Shown: positions 55,978 through 64,000 of the stretch, one piece after another
Position numbering within the stretch: the stretch's first letter is position 1
Layout: the number at the start of each line of letters is the position of its first letter
NCBI GenBank assembly: GCA_001794205.1
Contig: MGJJ01000019.1
Coordinates: forward strand, 1,353 to 65,352
Direction of reading: 5' to 3'
Source of the DNA: Candidatus Yanofskybacteria bacterium RIFCSPHIGHO2_01_FULL_44_22
GTDB taxonomy: Bacteria; Patescibacteriota; Minisyncoccia; 2-02-FULL-40-12; GWA2-44-9
DNA length: 64,000 nt
Made by a program: the position numbers and the translations under genes
The notes under the pieces: model-generated
What the model was told of the DNA's origin: nothing
Database searches by the model: none
The model's input: only the letters and a program-made list of their open reading frames with translations

Positions 55978-56436
55978 ATGGATAATCAATATTTTAGTCG
56001 CGAAGGGCTTGAAAAATTAAAAAACGAGCTTGAGGAAAGATTGACTGTTATCAGGCCGGAAATTGCCAGCCGCATTAAAGAGGCCAAAGAACTCGGCGAT
56101 TTGTCGGAAAGCGCCGAATATGAATCGGCCAAAGAGGCCCAGGCGGCAAACGAGGGGAGAATCGAAGAAATTAAAGAGATTCTGGAAAACGCCGTAATTG
56201 TCACCGGCTCAAGCGGCAGCGGCATTGCCGACGTAGGTTCATGCGTAAAAACCGAATCCAAAAACGGTTCGCAGGAATTCGTAATTGTCGGCGCGTCGGA
56301 ATCAAATCCCGGACAGGGATTTATCTCAAACGAATCTCCTTTGGGCAGAGCTTTTTTGGGTCACAAAAAAGGGGATAGCGTTGAAGTTAAAACTCCCAAG
56401 GGCGTTGTGGAATATAAAATCACGGAAATACGATAA
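55978..56436 (+). CDS. greA: Transcription elongation factor GreA
   Basis: GDLSESAEY, ISNESPLGRAFLG. Confidence 0.96.
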   Translation: MDNQYFSREGLEKLKNELEERLTVIRPEIASRIKEAKELGDLSESAEYESAKEAQAANEGRIEEIKEILENAVIVTGSSGSGIADVGSCVKTESKNGSQEFVIVGASESNPGQGFISNESPLGRAFLGHKKGDSVEVKTPKGVVEYKITEIR

Positions 56437-56499
56437 CGCCCCCATGTCTTTTTAGAATGAAGGTTTTGTATCGCCGTTTTTTTTGTTATGATTGACTTG

Positions 56500-56634
56500 T
56501 CCCCTCACTCACTTAATAGATATTTCTGTGAGCTGTCGGGGATTATAAAGCTAATTACGCAACAAGTTGCAGCTTATCAAACTATAAAAAGTGGGGTAAG
56601 AAATAACAAAGCAACTATTAAGTGAGTGTGGGGA
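56500..56634. mobile_element. 135-bp MITE-like element with 20-bp terminal inverted repeats
   Basis: TCCCCTCACTCACTTAATAG (56500-56519) and CTATTAAGTGAGTGTGGGGA (56615-56634), 19/20 complementary. Confidence 0.65.
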
Positions 56635-58130
56635 TGGCCCTGGAAGAGATACGTAAAACTAAAATTGAAAAAGTTGAAGCCGCAATAAATGCCGGTCTGG
56701 ACCCTTATCCGGCTGTTTGCAACCGAACGCATAAAATATCCGAAGCTCTGGCTGATTTTGAACGATTAAGTCAAGACAAGAAAATTATTACTCTGGCCGG
56801 CAGAGTAATGGCCATGCGTGAACACGGCGGTTCCGTCTTTTTTGACATTGACGACGGTTCTGAAACCGACGCCGCAAACCGCTTGTCTTCGGATGGGCAG
56901 ATTCAGGTCCATGTGAAAGAAGACGTTATCGGCAAAGAAAAATTTGGATTATTCAAAACCTTAGTCGATATTGGAGATTTCCTCGAAATCCGTGGTTTTT
57001 TGTTTAAAACCAAAAAAGAAGAAAGAACTCTGGAAACGGAGGATTTTCGCCTGTTATCCAAAGCCCTTCTACCGCTTCCGGAAAAATGGCACGGCCTTCA
57101 GGATGTGGAAGAAAGATACCGAAAAAGATATCTGGACATGCTTTTCAACAAAGAAATTAAGCATAAATTTATGCTTCGCTTTAAAATCATCGGCTTGTTG
57201 CGTGATTTTTTCAAAGACAACGGATTTTTGGAAGTCGAAACACCCATTCTCCAGCCGCTTGCCGGCGGCGCCAGCGCCAGGCCCTTCAAAACCCACATGA
57301 ATGACCTGAATGTCGACTTATATTTGAGGATAGCTCCCGAATTGTATTTAAAGCGTCTTTTGGTGGGAGGCATGGAAAAAGTTTTTGAAATAGCCAAGAA
57401 TTTTCGCAATGAGGGCATGGATCGCGAACATAATCCGGAATTCAATATGCTTGAAGCCTACGCCGCCTATAAAGATTACCGATGGATGATGGAGCTGACG
57501 GAAAAGATGATGGAATTTTTAACCCGAGAAATATTCGGTAAAACGGAAGTCGAGTACGGAGGCGCGAAAATTGATTTTAAGAAACCTTATAAACGTCTGC
57601 AATTCAACGATATCATCAAGAAATATGCCGGTCTGGATTACGATACGGCCGATGGAGGCGATTTTAAAAAAAGGGCCGGGGAACTGGGCCTTAAAATAGA
57701 AAAAACGGCGACTAAGGAAAATATCGCCGACGAGATTTACAAGAAGCTGGCCCGGCCGCAAATCATCAACCCCGTCTTTGTGGTTGACCACCCTCTGGAG
57801 CTTTCGCCGTTAGCCAAGAAACTGCCGGAGAACGCCGGCCATGTCGCCAGATTTCAGCTTTTGGCCGCCGGTTTTGAATTGACAAACGCGTTTTCCGAAC
57901 TCAACGACCCCCAAGACCAGCTTGAGCGGTTCCGGCTCCAGGAGCAGAAAAGAAAAAAGGGCGACGAAGAAGCACAACGCCTGGACAAGGATTTTGTCGA
58001 AGCGTTGGAATACGGCATGCCTCCGGCGGCCGGCATCGGCATCGGCATTGACCGGCTGGTCGCGCTTTTGACCGATTCTCACTCACTTAGGGAAATTCTG
58101 CTGTTTCCGATTATGAAACAAAAAGAATAA
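56634..58130 (+). CDS. lysS: Lysine--tRNA ligase (class II)
   Basis: LPEKWHGL, RYRKRYLD, GGASARPF.TH, YLRIAPELYLKRL, FRNEG...HNPEF, YGMPPAAG.GIGIDR. Confidence 0.98.
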   Translation: MALEEIRKTKIEKVEAAINAGLDPYPAVCNRTHKISEALADFERLSQDKKIITLAGRVMAMREHGGSVFFDIDDGSETDAANRLSSDGQIQVHVKEDVIGKEKFGLFKTLVDIGDFLEIRGFLFKTKKEERTLETEDFRLLSKALLPLPEKWHGLQDVEERYRKRYLDMLFNKEIKHKFMLRFKIIGLLRDFFKDNGFLEVETPILQPLAGGASARPFKTHMNDLNVDLYLRIAPELYLKRLLVGGMEKVFEIAKNFRNEGMDREHNPEFNMLEAYAAYKDYRWMMELTEKMMEFLTREIFGKTEVEYGGAKIDFKKPYKRLQFNDIIKKYAGLDYDTADGGDFKKRAGELGLKIEKTATKENIADEIYKKLARPQIINPVFVVDHPLELSPLAKKLPENAGHVARFQLLAAGFELTNAFSELNDPQDQLERFRLQEQKRKKGDEEAQRLDKDFVEALEYGMPPAAGIGIGIDRLVALLTDSHSLREILLFPIMKQKE

Positions 58131-58131
58131 T

Positions 58132-59382
58132 ATGCTCGACATTAAATTTATCCGTCAAAATCCGGAGGCCTTAAAAGAAGCGGTGCGCAAAAAACACGTT
58201 GATTTTGACGTGGAGCATTTGCTGGCCGTCGACTCAAGAAGGCGGGAATTGCTTGAATCGTCGGAATCTTTGAAAGCGGAGCAGAATAAGAGGTCAAAAG
58301 GCCCGCAATCGCCCAAAGACCTTGAAGAGCTTAAAGGCATCAAGGAAAAAATAAAAATTTTGGAAACCGAGCTGACGGTAGTGGAAAATGAATTTCAGAG
58401 CTTAATGCTTCTTGCGCCGAACATACCGGACGAAACCGTGCCGGAAGGCAAGTCCGACGCCGACAATAAAGAAATAAGAAACTGGGGCAAAATTCCGAAG
58501 TTTGATTTTAAGCCGAAAGACCACATTGAACTGATGAAAGAACTTGACCTTCTGGACATTGAACGCGGGGCCAAAGTTTCCGGTTTCCGTGGCTACTTCC
58601 TGAAAAACGAGGCCGTCCTCTTGTCTTTTGCTTTATGGCAATTTGCCGCGGAGCGGCTTTTAAAAAAGGGTTTCCAGCCGTTGTTTGCGCCCGCCATTGC
58701 GAAAGAATTTAATTTTGTGGGAACCGGCTGGCTGCCGCAAAGCAAAGACGAAGTTTATAAAGTCGGCAACGATGAATATTTAACGGGCACTGCGGAAGTT
58801 TCGGTAATGGGCTATCGCGCCGATGAAATTTTAAACGAGAAGGCCTTGCCCCAAAAGTATGTCGCCTTTTCACCATGTTTCAGGTCCGAGGCCGGTTCGT
58901 ACGGAAAAGACACAAAAGGCATTTTGCGAGTCCATGAATTTTACAAACTGGAACAAGTTGTTTTGTGTCGAAACAGCCGCGAGGAATCGGTAAAATGGCA
59001 CGAAGAGCTGACCAAAAACGCGGAAACGCTTCTCCAAGAACTCAAACTGCCGTACCGAGTGGTGATAAACTGCTCCGGAGATTTAGGACTGGGCCAGGTT
59101 AAAAAATACGATATTGAAACCTGGATGCCCTCACAGGAAAAATACCGCGAGACTCACTCCTCGTCGTATTTTTATGATTTTCAATCGCGCCGCTTAAATA
59201 TCAAGTATCGCGACGATGAAGGAAAAACTCATTTTGTCCATTCTTTGAACAATACCGCCTTGGCGACTCCGCGTCTTCTGGCGAATTTAGTTGAAAATTA
59301 TCAGACCAAAAAGGGGACTGTAATTATACCCAAGGTTTTAAGGAAATACATGGGCGGGGTTAAAGAAATTAAAAAGAAGTAG
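58132..59382 (+). CDS. serS: Serine--tRNA ligase
   Basis: MLDIKFIR, TAE, CFRSEAG..G.DT.GI.RVHEF.K.E, HSLNNTALA. Confidence 0.97.
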   Translation: MLDIKFIRQNPEALKEAVRKKHVDFDVEHLLAVDSRRRELLESSESLKAEQNKRSKGPQSPKDLEELKGIKEKIKILETELTVVENEFQSLMLLAPNIPDETVPEGKSDADNKEIRNWGKIPKFDFKPKDHIELMKELDLLDIERGAKVSGFRGYFLKNEAVLLSFALWQFAAERLLKKGFQPLFAPAIAKEFNFVGTGWLPQSKDEVYKVGNDEYLTGTAEVSVMGYRADEILNEKALPQKYVAFSPCFRSEAGSYGKDTKGILRVHEFYKLEQVVLCRNSREESVKWHEELTKNAETLLQELKLPYRVVINCSGDLGLGQVKKYDIETWMPSQEKYRETHSSSYFYDFQSRRLNIKYRDDEGKTHFVHSLNNTALATPRLLANLVENYQTKKGTVIIPKVLRKYMGGVKEIKKK

Positions 59383-59399
59383 TTGAAGGTTGATTTCTT

Positions 59400-60293
59400 A
59401 TGCGTCCGGCTGACATCAAAACCATACGTGAAAGGAGTGATTTTGGGCGCCGCGCAAGGCGTCCGTTTATTTTTTGGCTCGCGGCAGTCGGAGCTTTGGC
59501 GCTGGCCGCCTCCGCGGTTCATATTCTTTTCTTTGCCGATATCCTGCGGATACAAACAGTTTCAATATCGGAAAACGGCCGGATATCAGAAAGCTCCGAC
59601 GGTAAAGCCATTTTGGCTGCGATAAATTCGGTTCTGGAAGAAAAAAAAATCGGCTTTTTAAAAATTGCGGAAAACATCCTGTTTTTTGACAGGTCGGCAA
59701 CGGAGAAACAATTATCGGAAGACTTGCTCTTTATAAAAAACATAAAAATAAACAAGCTATTTCCGCATGGGTTGGCCGTTGAGTTTTCTAAAAAAATTCC
59801 AATTGGCGTCTGGTGTTTTAAAGATGGCGGCTGCCGGTATTTTGACGCGGCCGGCTCAATGTGGGGAGAAGCAGAAAAATCTTCAGGATTTCTCCTGTTG
59901 TCGGTAGATGATTTGCGAAACGGCGGCAATACCGCAAAAAGCGCCGCGGTCGATGCCGCTTTTTTTATGCCGCTTCTTAAAATTAATGAATATTTGCCGG
60001 CGGTGAACCTTAAAATTAAAAATGCGGAGATTCCGGAAAATTCACTTGGCGAATTTAAGGTTTTTACCGACAAAAATTATTTTCTGTTTTTTGATGCCGG
60101 TTCGACCAACTCACGGCAAGCCGGTTCGACCAACTCACGGCAAGCCGGTTCGACCAACTCACGGCAAGCCGGTTCCGACATCGCCGGCCAGCTGGAAAGT
60201 TTAAAGATGTTGCTGGAAGAGCGGGGAAAAGACACCGGTTTCAACCCTCAATATATAGACTTAAGGATTGGGGGAAGAATTTATGTAAAATGA
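59400..60293 (+). CDS. FtsQ/DivIB-like cell division protein
   Basis: Basic N-terminus, single TM, POTRA-like I.K.FP..L.V, C-terminal YIDLR. Confidence 0.75.
   Translation: MRPADIKTIRERSDFGRRARRPFIFWLAAVGALALAASAVHILFFADILRIQTVSISENGRISESSDGKAILAAINSVLEEKKIGFLKIAENILFFDRSATEKQLSEDLLFIKNIKINKLFPHGLAVEFSKKIPIGVWCFKDGGCRYFDAAGSMWGEAEKSSGFLLLSVDDLRNGGNTAKSAAVDAAFFMPLLKINEYLPAVNLKIKNAEIPENSLGEFKVFTDKNYFLFFDAGSTNSRQAGSTNSRQAGSTNSRQAGSDIAGQLESLKMLLEERGKDTGFNPQYIDLRIGGRIYVK
60096..60175 (+). repeat. Three perfect tandem copies of the 24-bp unit, in frame in the ftsQ-like gene
   Basis: (GCCGGTTCGACCAACTCACGGCAA)3 plus GCCGGTTC; encodes (AGSTNSRQ)3. Confidence 0.95.
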
Positions 60294-60306
60294 ACCCCCC
60301 TCATTA

Positions 60307-60335
60307 TTGCTTTTTATTTGGTTTTGTGGTATAAT
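60307..60335 (+). promoter_or_regulatory. Sigma70-type promoter
   Basis: TTGCTT-17 nt-TATAAT with extended TG. Confidence 0.7.
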
Positions 60336-60374
60336 TAAAAGCAGGGTGGAATCGTAACAACAAGGAGGTGAACG

Positions 60375-60650
60375 GTGGCTGTTGCGAAGATTGACTCGCG
60401 GGAGTATCGGGTAGAACATGTTGAACGTCCTGATGGGATAGCCGTAAGGGTTGACATCAGGGTTTACAACCGATTGTACGAGTTTCGCTTGGCGGAAAAA
60501 CTGCCGATACTGACCTTTTCAACGAAAATAGTCGGCAAGTTTGATGACTATTACGCCGGCGGAAAGGTGGATTTGGACGGTCTGTATCACAGGGCGCGTA
60601 AACAAGCCCTGGGTATCTTAAAGGATTGCAGGCGTCAACGCGCCGATTGA
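60375..60650 (+). CDS. Hypothetical (orphan) protein
   Basis: SD AAGGAGGTGA before GTG; own promoter; hairpin GAGGTCCC/GGGGCCTC overlapping the stop. Confidence 0.65.
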   Translation: MAVAKIDSREYRVEHVERPDGIAVRVDIRVYNRLYEFRLAEKLPILTFSTKIVGKFDDYYAGGKVDLDGLYHRARKQALGILKDCRRQRAD

Positions 60651-60715
60651 GGTCCCTTCTCGGGGCCTCTTGATTTTTTATACGGCGGGAGTATGGCGCG
60701 AAGGCCTTTTCCATT

Positions 60716-62524
60716 TTAAAGAGAGGGATTGATTTTCCAAACAAAGATAGAATTGCCGATGATGGCGGCGGGCTTGCGGCCCAAAAGCCAAATGTAATTC
60801 TGGTCCGGTTTATTGATTGTTCCCATAAAAAATGTAGCCGAAACGGCGATATGTCCGCCATCGGGATATTCTTTCAAAAAATCCTCTGCGCTTTTATATT
60901 TTCCGGCCGACATCCAGACATATTTGTCTTTTAAGTAATAATACGGGTCGGCCCAGCCGAAATAATCAAAGTTAATTTTAGAAATATTATTCTTATTCAC
61001 CCAATCGCCAAGGCGTTTTAGGTCTTGTCCCCAATCAATATTGGAGTCAACCACATACCAATGTCCTCCGGGAATATGGCCGACTTGTCCTTCCGAAGCC
61101 CAAGACGGGCGAAGGAGGGCAACTTGATTAAAATAGGTGAGATAATATGGATAAACACGGATATTTTCTACGAGGTACCAACCCAAAAGAGTAAAAAGTG
61201 TAAAGTAAAAAGTATAAAGAAATTTCTTGCTTTCAACTTTTAACTTTCGACTTTGGACTATTTTTATAATCTGTCCCGCCACAAGAATATAAACAAACCC
61301 GTAGATGGGCAGAAGATGCCGGACGCCGATGTTAAGATTGGCGCGCAGGCTTGAATACCAATAAATCGCGAGCCACAATATCATGGCGAATTCGTCAAAA
61401 TGATTTTTTATCCAATATCCGGCGCTTTCGATTTTTAACTTTCGATTTTTAACTTTTGCAATAATGGCTGTTACGGCAATGATTACGAATCCCCAGAACG
61501 GCAAGGGCTCCTTCATAAAGTACACGATTGGAAAATATTTTTTCCAGGCGACATTTCTGACTTCGCCGAGAAAATAAGTGTCGTTGCCGCCGATGCTCCG
61601 CTGGGCCACCATCAAAAGACCCAATCCGTATTGAGCGAGGGGGCGCAGGAAAGGTTTATCCGAAGCCCAGACAACCGGAGCGGCAAACGACCTGTTGCCG
61701 TAAGATAAAAGATGATTGGTCGTGTCGTATTTTTGTTTTTCCGGAGGGTAATTGCGGGTATGAAGAGCGTAAACCGGCCAGACAATCAATCCGAAACCGG
61801 CCATAAAAACGGCAGCGGCAAGAAAAATATGTTTGGCCAGATTCAGGATTTTTTCTTTTTCGGTGAGTGCCCACGCCATTGCCAGAATTACAAAAAACGG
61901 CACCAACAGAAACGCCGAAAATTTGGTAAGCTGGGCCGTACCGAAAGCGGCCGCCGCCAGCAAGAAATTTGCTTTCGTTTTGTTTTTTAAAAAGCCGACG
62001 AAGAAATAAGAAGCGAACAGAATTCCGAAAAGCGCGGGAGTATCGGTAGTCACAAAACGGCTGTGAGCGATTACCGTCGGCGAAAAAGAAAATAAAAAAA
62101 GAGCCAGAATGCCCGCCTTACCGCCGTAAAGTTTTGAGGCCCAATAAAATACCAGAATTGCCGCCAGAACAAAAAATAATAACATCGGCATTTTGGCGGC
62201 GCGGACAAGCTTAACGGCGTCATTGCCCGAATTAAATATTAAATTTCTGCCGAAATTCCACTGGCCGTTGATATCCTGCGTCCAGAATTGCGTTTGAAAG
62301 GCCGCCTGATTCAGGTTCAGCGGCAAAAGGGCCAGTCCGGCGAGGTCTTTGGCTAAGGGCGGATGTTCCGGATTCAGGCGATAATCGCCCTTTACCGCAT
62401 AAGAATAGCCGGCGCCGATATGGGGAATTTCATCGACTATCGGCGAATCGTTCCAGACACTATCAACGGCCAAAACTACCGCTGAAACGATAATAATTAT
62501 AGCTACAATATTAAAGCGGGGCAT
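60716..62524 (-). CDS. GT-C fold glycosyltransferase (PMT/ArnT-like, family 39/83)
   Basis: DE..HI.AG, NPEHPPL.K, HSRFVTTD, TKFS, DSN.DWGQD; polytopic. Confidence 0.85.
   Translation of the reverse strand: MPRFNIVAIIIIVSAVVLAVDSVWNDSPIVDEIPHIGAGYSYAVKGDYRLNPEHPPLAKDLAGLALLPLNLNQAAFQTQFWTQDINGQWNFGRNLIFNSGNDAVKLVRAAKMPMLLFFVLAAILVFYWASKLYGGKAGILALFLFSFSPTVIAHSRFVTTDTPALFGILFASYFFVGFLKNKTKANFLLAAAAFGTAQLTKFSAFLLVPFFVILAMAWALTEKEKILNLAKHIFLAAAVFMAGFGLIVWPVYALHTRNYPPEKQKYDTTNHLLSYGNRSFAAPVVWASDKPFLRPLAQYGLGLLMVAQRSIGGNDTYFLGEVRNVAWKKYFPIVYFMKEPLPFWGFVIIAVTAIIAKVKNRKLKIESAGYWIKNHFDEFAMILWLAIYWYSSLRANLNIGVRHLLPIYGFVYILVAGQIIKIVQSRKLKVESKKFLYTFYFTLFTLLGWYLVENIRVYPYYLTYFNQVALLRPSWASEGQVGHIPGGHWYVVDSNIDWGQDLKRLGDWVNKNNISKINFDYFGWADPYYYLKDKYVWMSAGKYKSAEDFLKEYPDGGHIAVSATFFMGTINKPDQNYIWLLGRKPAAIIGNSIFVWKINPSL
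61084..61120 (-). repeat. In-frame GC-rich hairpin insertion
   Basis: Minus strand GCCCT-CCTTC-GCCC-GTCTT-GGGC-TTCG-GAAGG-ACAAG; encodes ALLRPSWASEGQ. Confidence 0.55.
61190..61259. repeat. Two inverted heptamer arrays inside the glycosyltransferase gene
   Basis: AGTAAAA AGTGTAA AGTAAAA AGTATAA, then GCTTTCA ACTTTTA ACTTTCG ACTTTGG; a similar array lies at 61424-61458. Confidence 0.7.
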
Positions 62525-62546
62525 AGAAATAAATTGCTAATTTCTG

Positions 62547-64000
62547 TCATTCAAGGGGTATAACTGTGGCGTTGCGGTCATATTTTCCGGCTTTAAATTG
62601 GTCTTCGGTCATATAATATATATTTTTGGCTTTTTGTTTGGCGGGGGTGTAGGTATCGGTTAAAAACATGATTGTCTGGGCCGGCATGGATACGCCGTTG
62701 ACTTTAATGCCGGGCGCGTTAACCAGCACGTATTTTTTTATGTTCGGCGGGGATTGATTTAACTGCTTGGCGACGGCCAGATAATTATAGTTGAAAGCCG
62801 CCGCTGTGGTTTTATCTTTACCCCAAACGATAAAATACCGCCAAAATTCAAAAATTGCCAATGAACTTAAAAATATCGCCAGCGACAATGCCACGACTGC
62901 TTTTGTTTCCGGATGATGGCCTTGGCCGTAAAGATTCGCCGCTTCATGGCTATCGGTCGCTTTGTGCCAATCGCTTAACTTGTCAAAAACCCAGGCAATC
63001 CCTTTTGCGGCCAGAAGAATGGCCACCGGCAAGACGCCGACGGTTCTCAAGACGTGAGGCGCTTCAGTTGATAAAAATCCCGGCAGCAGCATTATAAAAA
63101 ACCAGACGAAAATCAAAGTATGGGTCACGGAAAAATGGCCGTGTTTTCTCTTCAGCCAATGGCCCAATTCATTGATGAAGCCGATTGCAAAAAATATGCC
63201 TATGGGCCAGGGGAAAAGCGGAGCGCCGGCGATATTATGCCGCTGATTGAAATCACCGCTGAAATTAAACATGCCCAAGGTTTTTATTACGCTTAATCCC
63301 AATTCTTTCAGCGGGGAATCCTGGGCGAATACGGAAACGGAAGCTCTTTCCCCGGCAAAAAACCGGTCCGGATTCTGCCAAAAGTCAAAACCCATGGGGA
63401 GAGCGACAATTATCGCGGTTACGGCCAACAAAGCAAAACCGCCCAAAAGACGGGTCTTGGCATATTCGTATTTTGAATGGGCAAACGAGTAATCTTTTTT
63501 AATAAACTGCCAATAATTCAAAAAAACGGCTATGGCAATAAGCGGCGCTATCCGGTAGGAAATATAGGTATAAAATCCAAGGCCGCCGAAAATACCGGCC
63601 CAAAAATAATTTGAAAAGCGGTTCGTTTTCAGTCCGCGCCACAAAAAGAAAAACAGATAAACTAAGATGAACGGAACCATAATCGTTCTGAAGCCGATTC
63701 TTGATAAATTGACGTGCCAAAAAGAAACGGCGAGCAGAAATCCGGCCAAAGCGGCAAGCCGCCATTCAAACATTTCCCGCACCAACAAGTACAGTCCGAT
63801 AACCGTTAAAATCCCGATGAGCGCCGAAACGAAACGCAAGGACCAGGGATGGGCGCCGAAGGCCCATATGGATAAGGCCTGAATATTGATGAACAGTCCT
63901 TCGCGGCCGTTGTTTTCGGGATAGAATATTTTGAAATCTTTTGTTTCCAGCGCTTGGACGGCATTGTTGCCGTTCATCGCTTCATCGGGATAAAGGCCCG
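62547..64000 (-). CDS. GT-C fold glycosyltransferase (ArnT/PMT-like), 5' partial
   Basis: Frame open to the window edge (GLYPDEAMNG); SLRFVSA..G, SFWHV.LSRIGFR, YTY.SYR. Confidence 0.85.
   Translation of the reverse strand, partial: GLYPDEAMNGNNAVQALETKDFKIFYPENNGREGLFINIQALSIWAFGAHPWSLRFVSALIGILTVIGLYLLVREMFEWRLAALAGFLLAVSFWHVNLSRIGFRTIMVPFILVYLFFFLWRGLKTNRFSNYFWAGIFGGLGFYTYISYRIAPLIAIAVFLNYWQFIKKDYSFAHSKYEYAKTRLLGGFALLAVTAIIVALPMGFDFWQNPDRFFAGERASVSVFAQDSPLKELGLSVIKTLGMFNFSGDFNQRHNIAGAPLFPWPIGIFFAIGFINELGHWLKRKHGHFSVTHTLIFVWFFIMLLPGFLSTEAPHVLRTVGVLPVAILLAAKGIAWVFDKLSDWHKATDSHEAANLYGQGHHPETKAVVALSLAIFLSSLAIFEFWRYFIVWGKDKTTAAAFNYNYLAVAKQLNQSPPNIKKYVLVNAPGIKVNGVSMPAQTIMFLTDTYTPAKQKAKNIYYMTEDQFKAGKYDRNATVIPLE

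Noticed and set aside
56437-56633. Lysine riboswitch or T-box upstream of lysS
   Set aside because: No L-box or T-box consensus is seen; the region is better explained by terminal inverted repeats.
56860-56900. ~11-aa insert in LysRS (ETDAANRLSSD) as a decayed mini-element
   Set aside because: Only a faint CTTCGGATGGGCAG resemblance, with no clear hairpin or target duplication.
60096-60175. Possible CRISPR array
   Set aside because: The units are contiguous and identical with no unique spacers, lie in frame inside a gene, and no cas1 is present.
1-64000. Alternative genetic code (TGA recoding), prophage or integron
   Set aside because: Core genes are full-length in code 11 and several end in TGA; no phage structural genes, integrase or attC array was recognised.

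Overview
Chromosomal segment of a bacterium that is most likely a Patescibacteria/CPR (Parcubacteria-like) lineage. This is an inference from gene content: short AspRS and ProRS, a sigma70-r4/HARE-HTH protein, a VirD4-like ATPase with a membrane partner, a presenilin-like protease and a half-size MFS protein. Most genes are housekeeping or envelope genes on the + strand: secA, secDF, aspS, mraY, ftsW, ruvA, murE, lon, polX, murG, holB, frr, rseP, proS, mreBCD-mrdA, greA, lysS, serS and glycosyltransferases. There is one tRNA-Lys(TTT) and two gene remnants (ddl, uvrB). No CRISPR array, rRNA, recognisable transposase or integrase is present. The non-routine signals are five. (1) A PaaX/Cas2-like gene is bracketed by two homologous, loopless perfect palindromes (48 and 54 bp) with compensatory changes, and sits between two RecB-family nuclease genes. 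(2) At least two families of tiny repeat elements (a 48-bp hairpin with a 6-bp target duplication, and a 24-bp unit) are inserted in frame into core genes such as secA, ruvA, proS, mreC, ftsQ and polX. (3) A family of long GC-rich intergenic fold-back elements is present. (4) Five orphan genes each carry their own sigma70 promoter, Shine-Dalgarno and terminator, whereas many resident genes look leaderless. (5) Heptamer microsatellites are widespread. All coordinates and pairings were read by eye.
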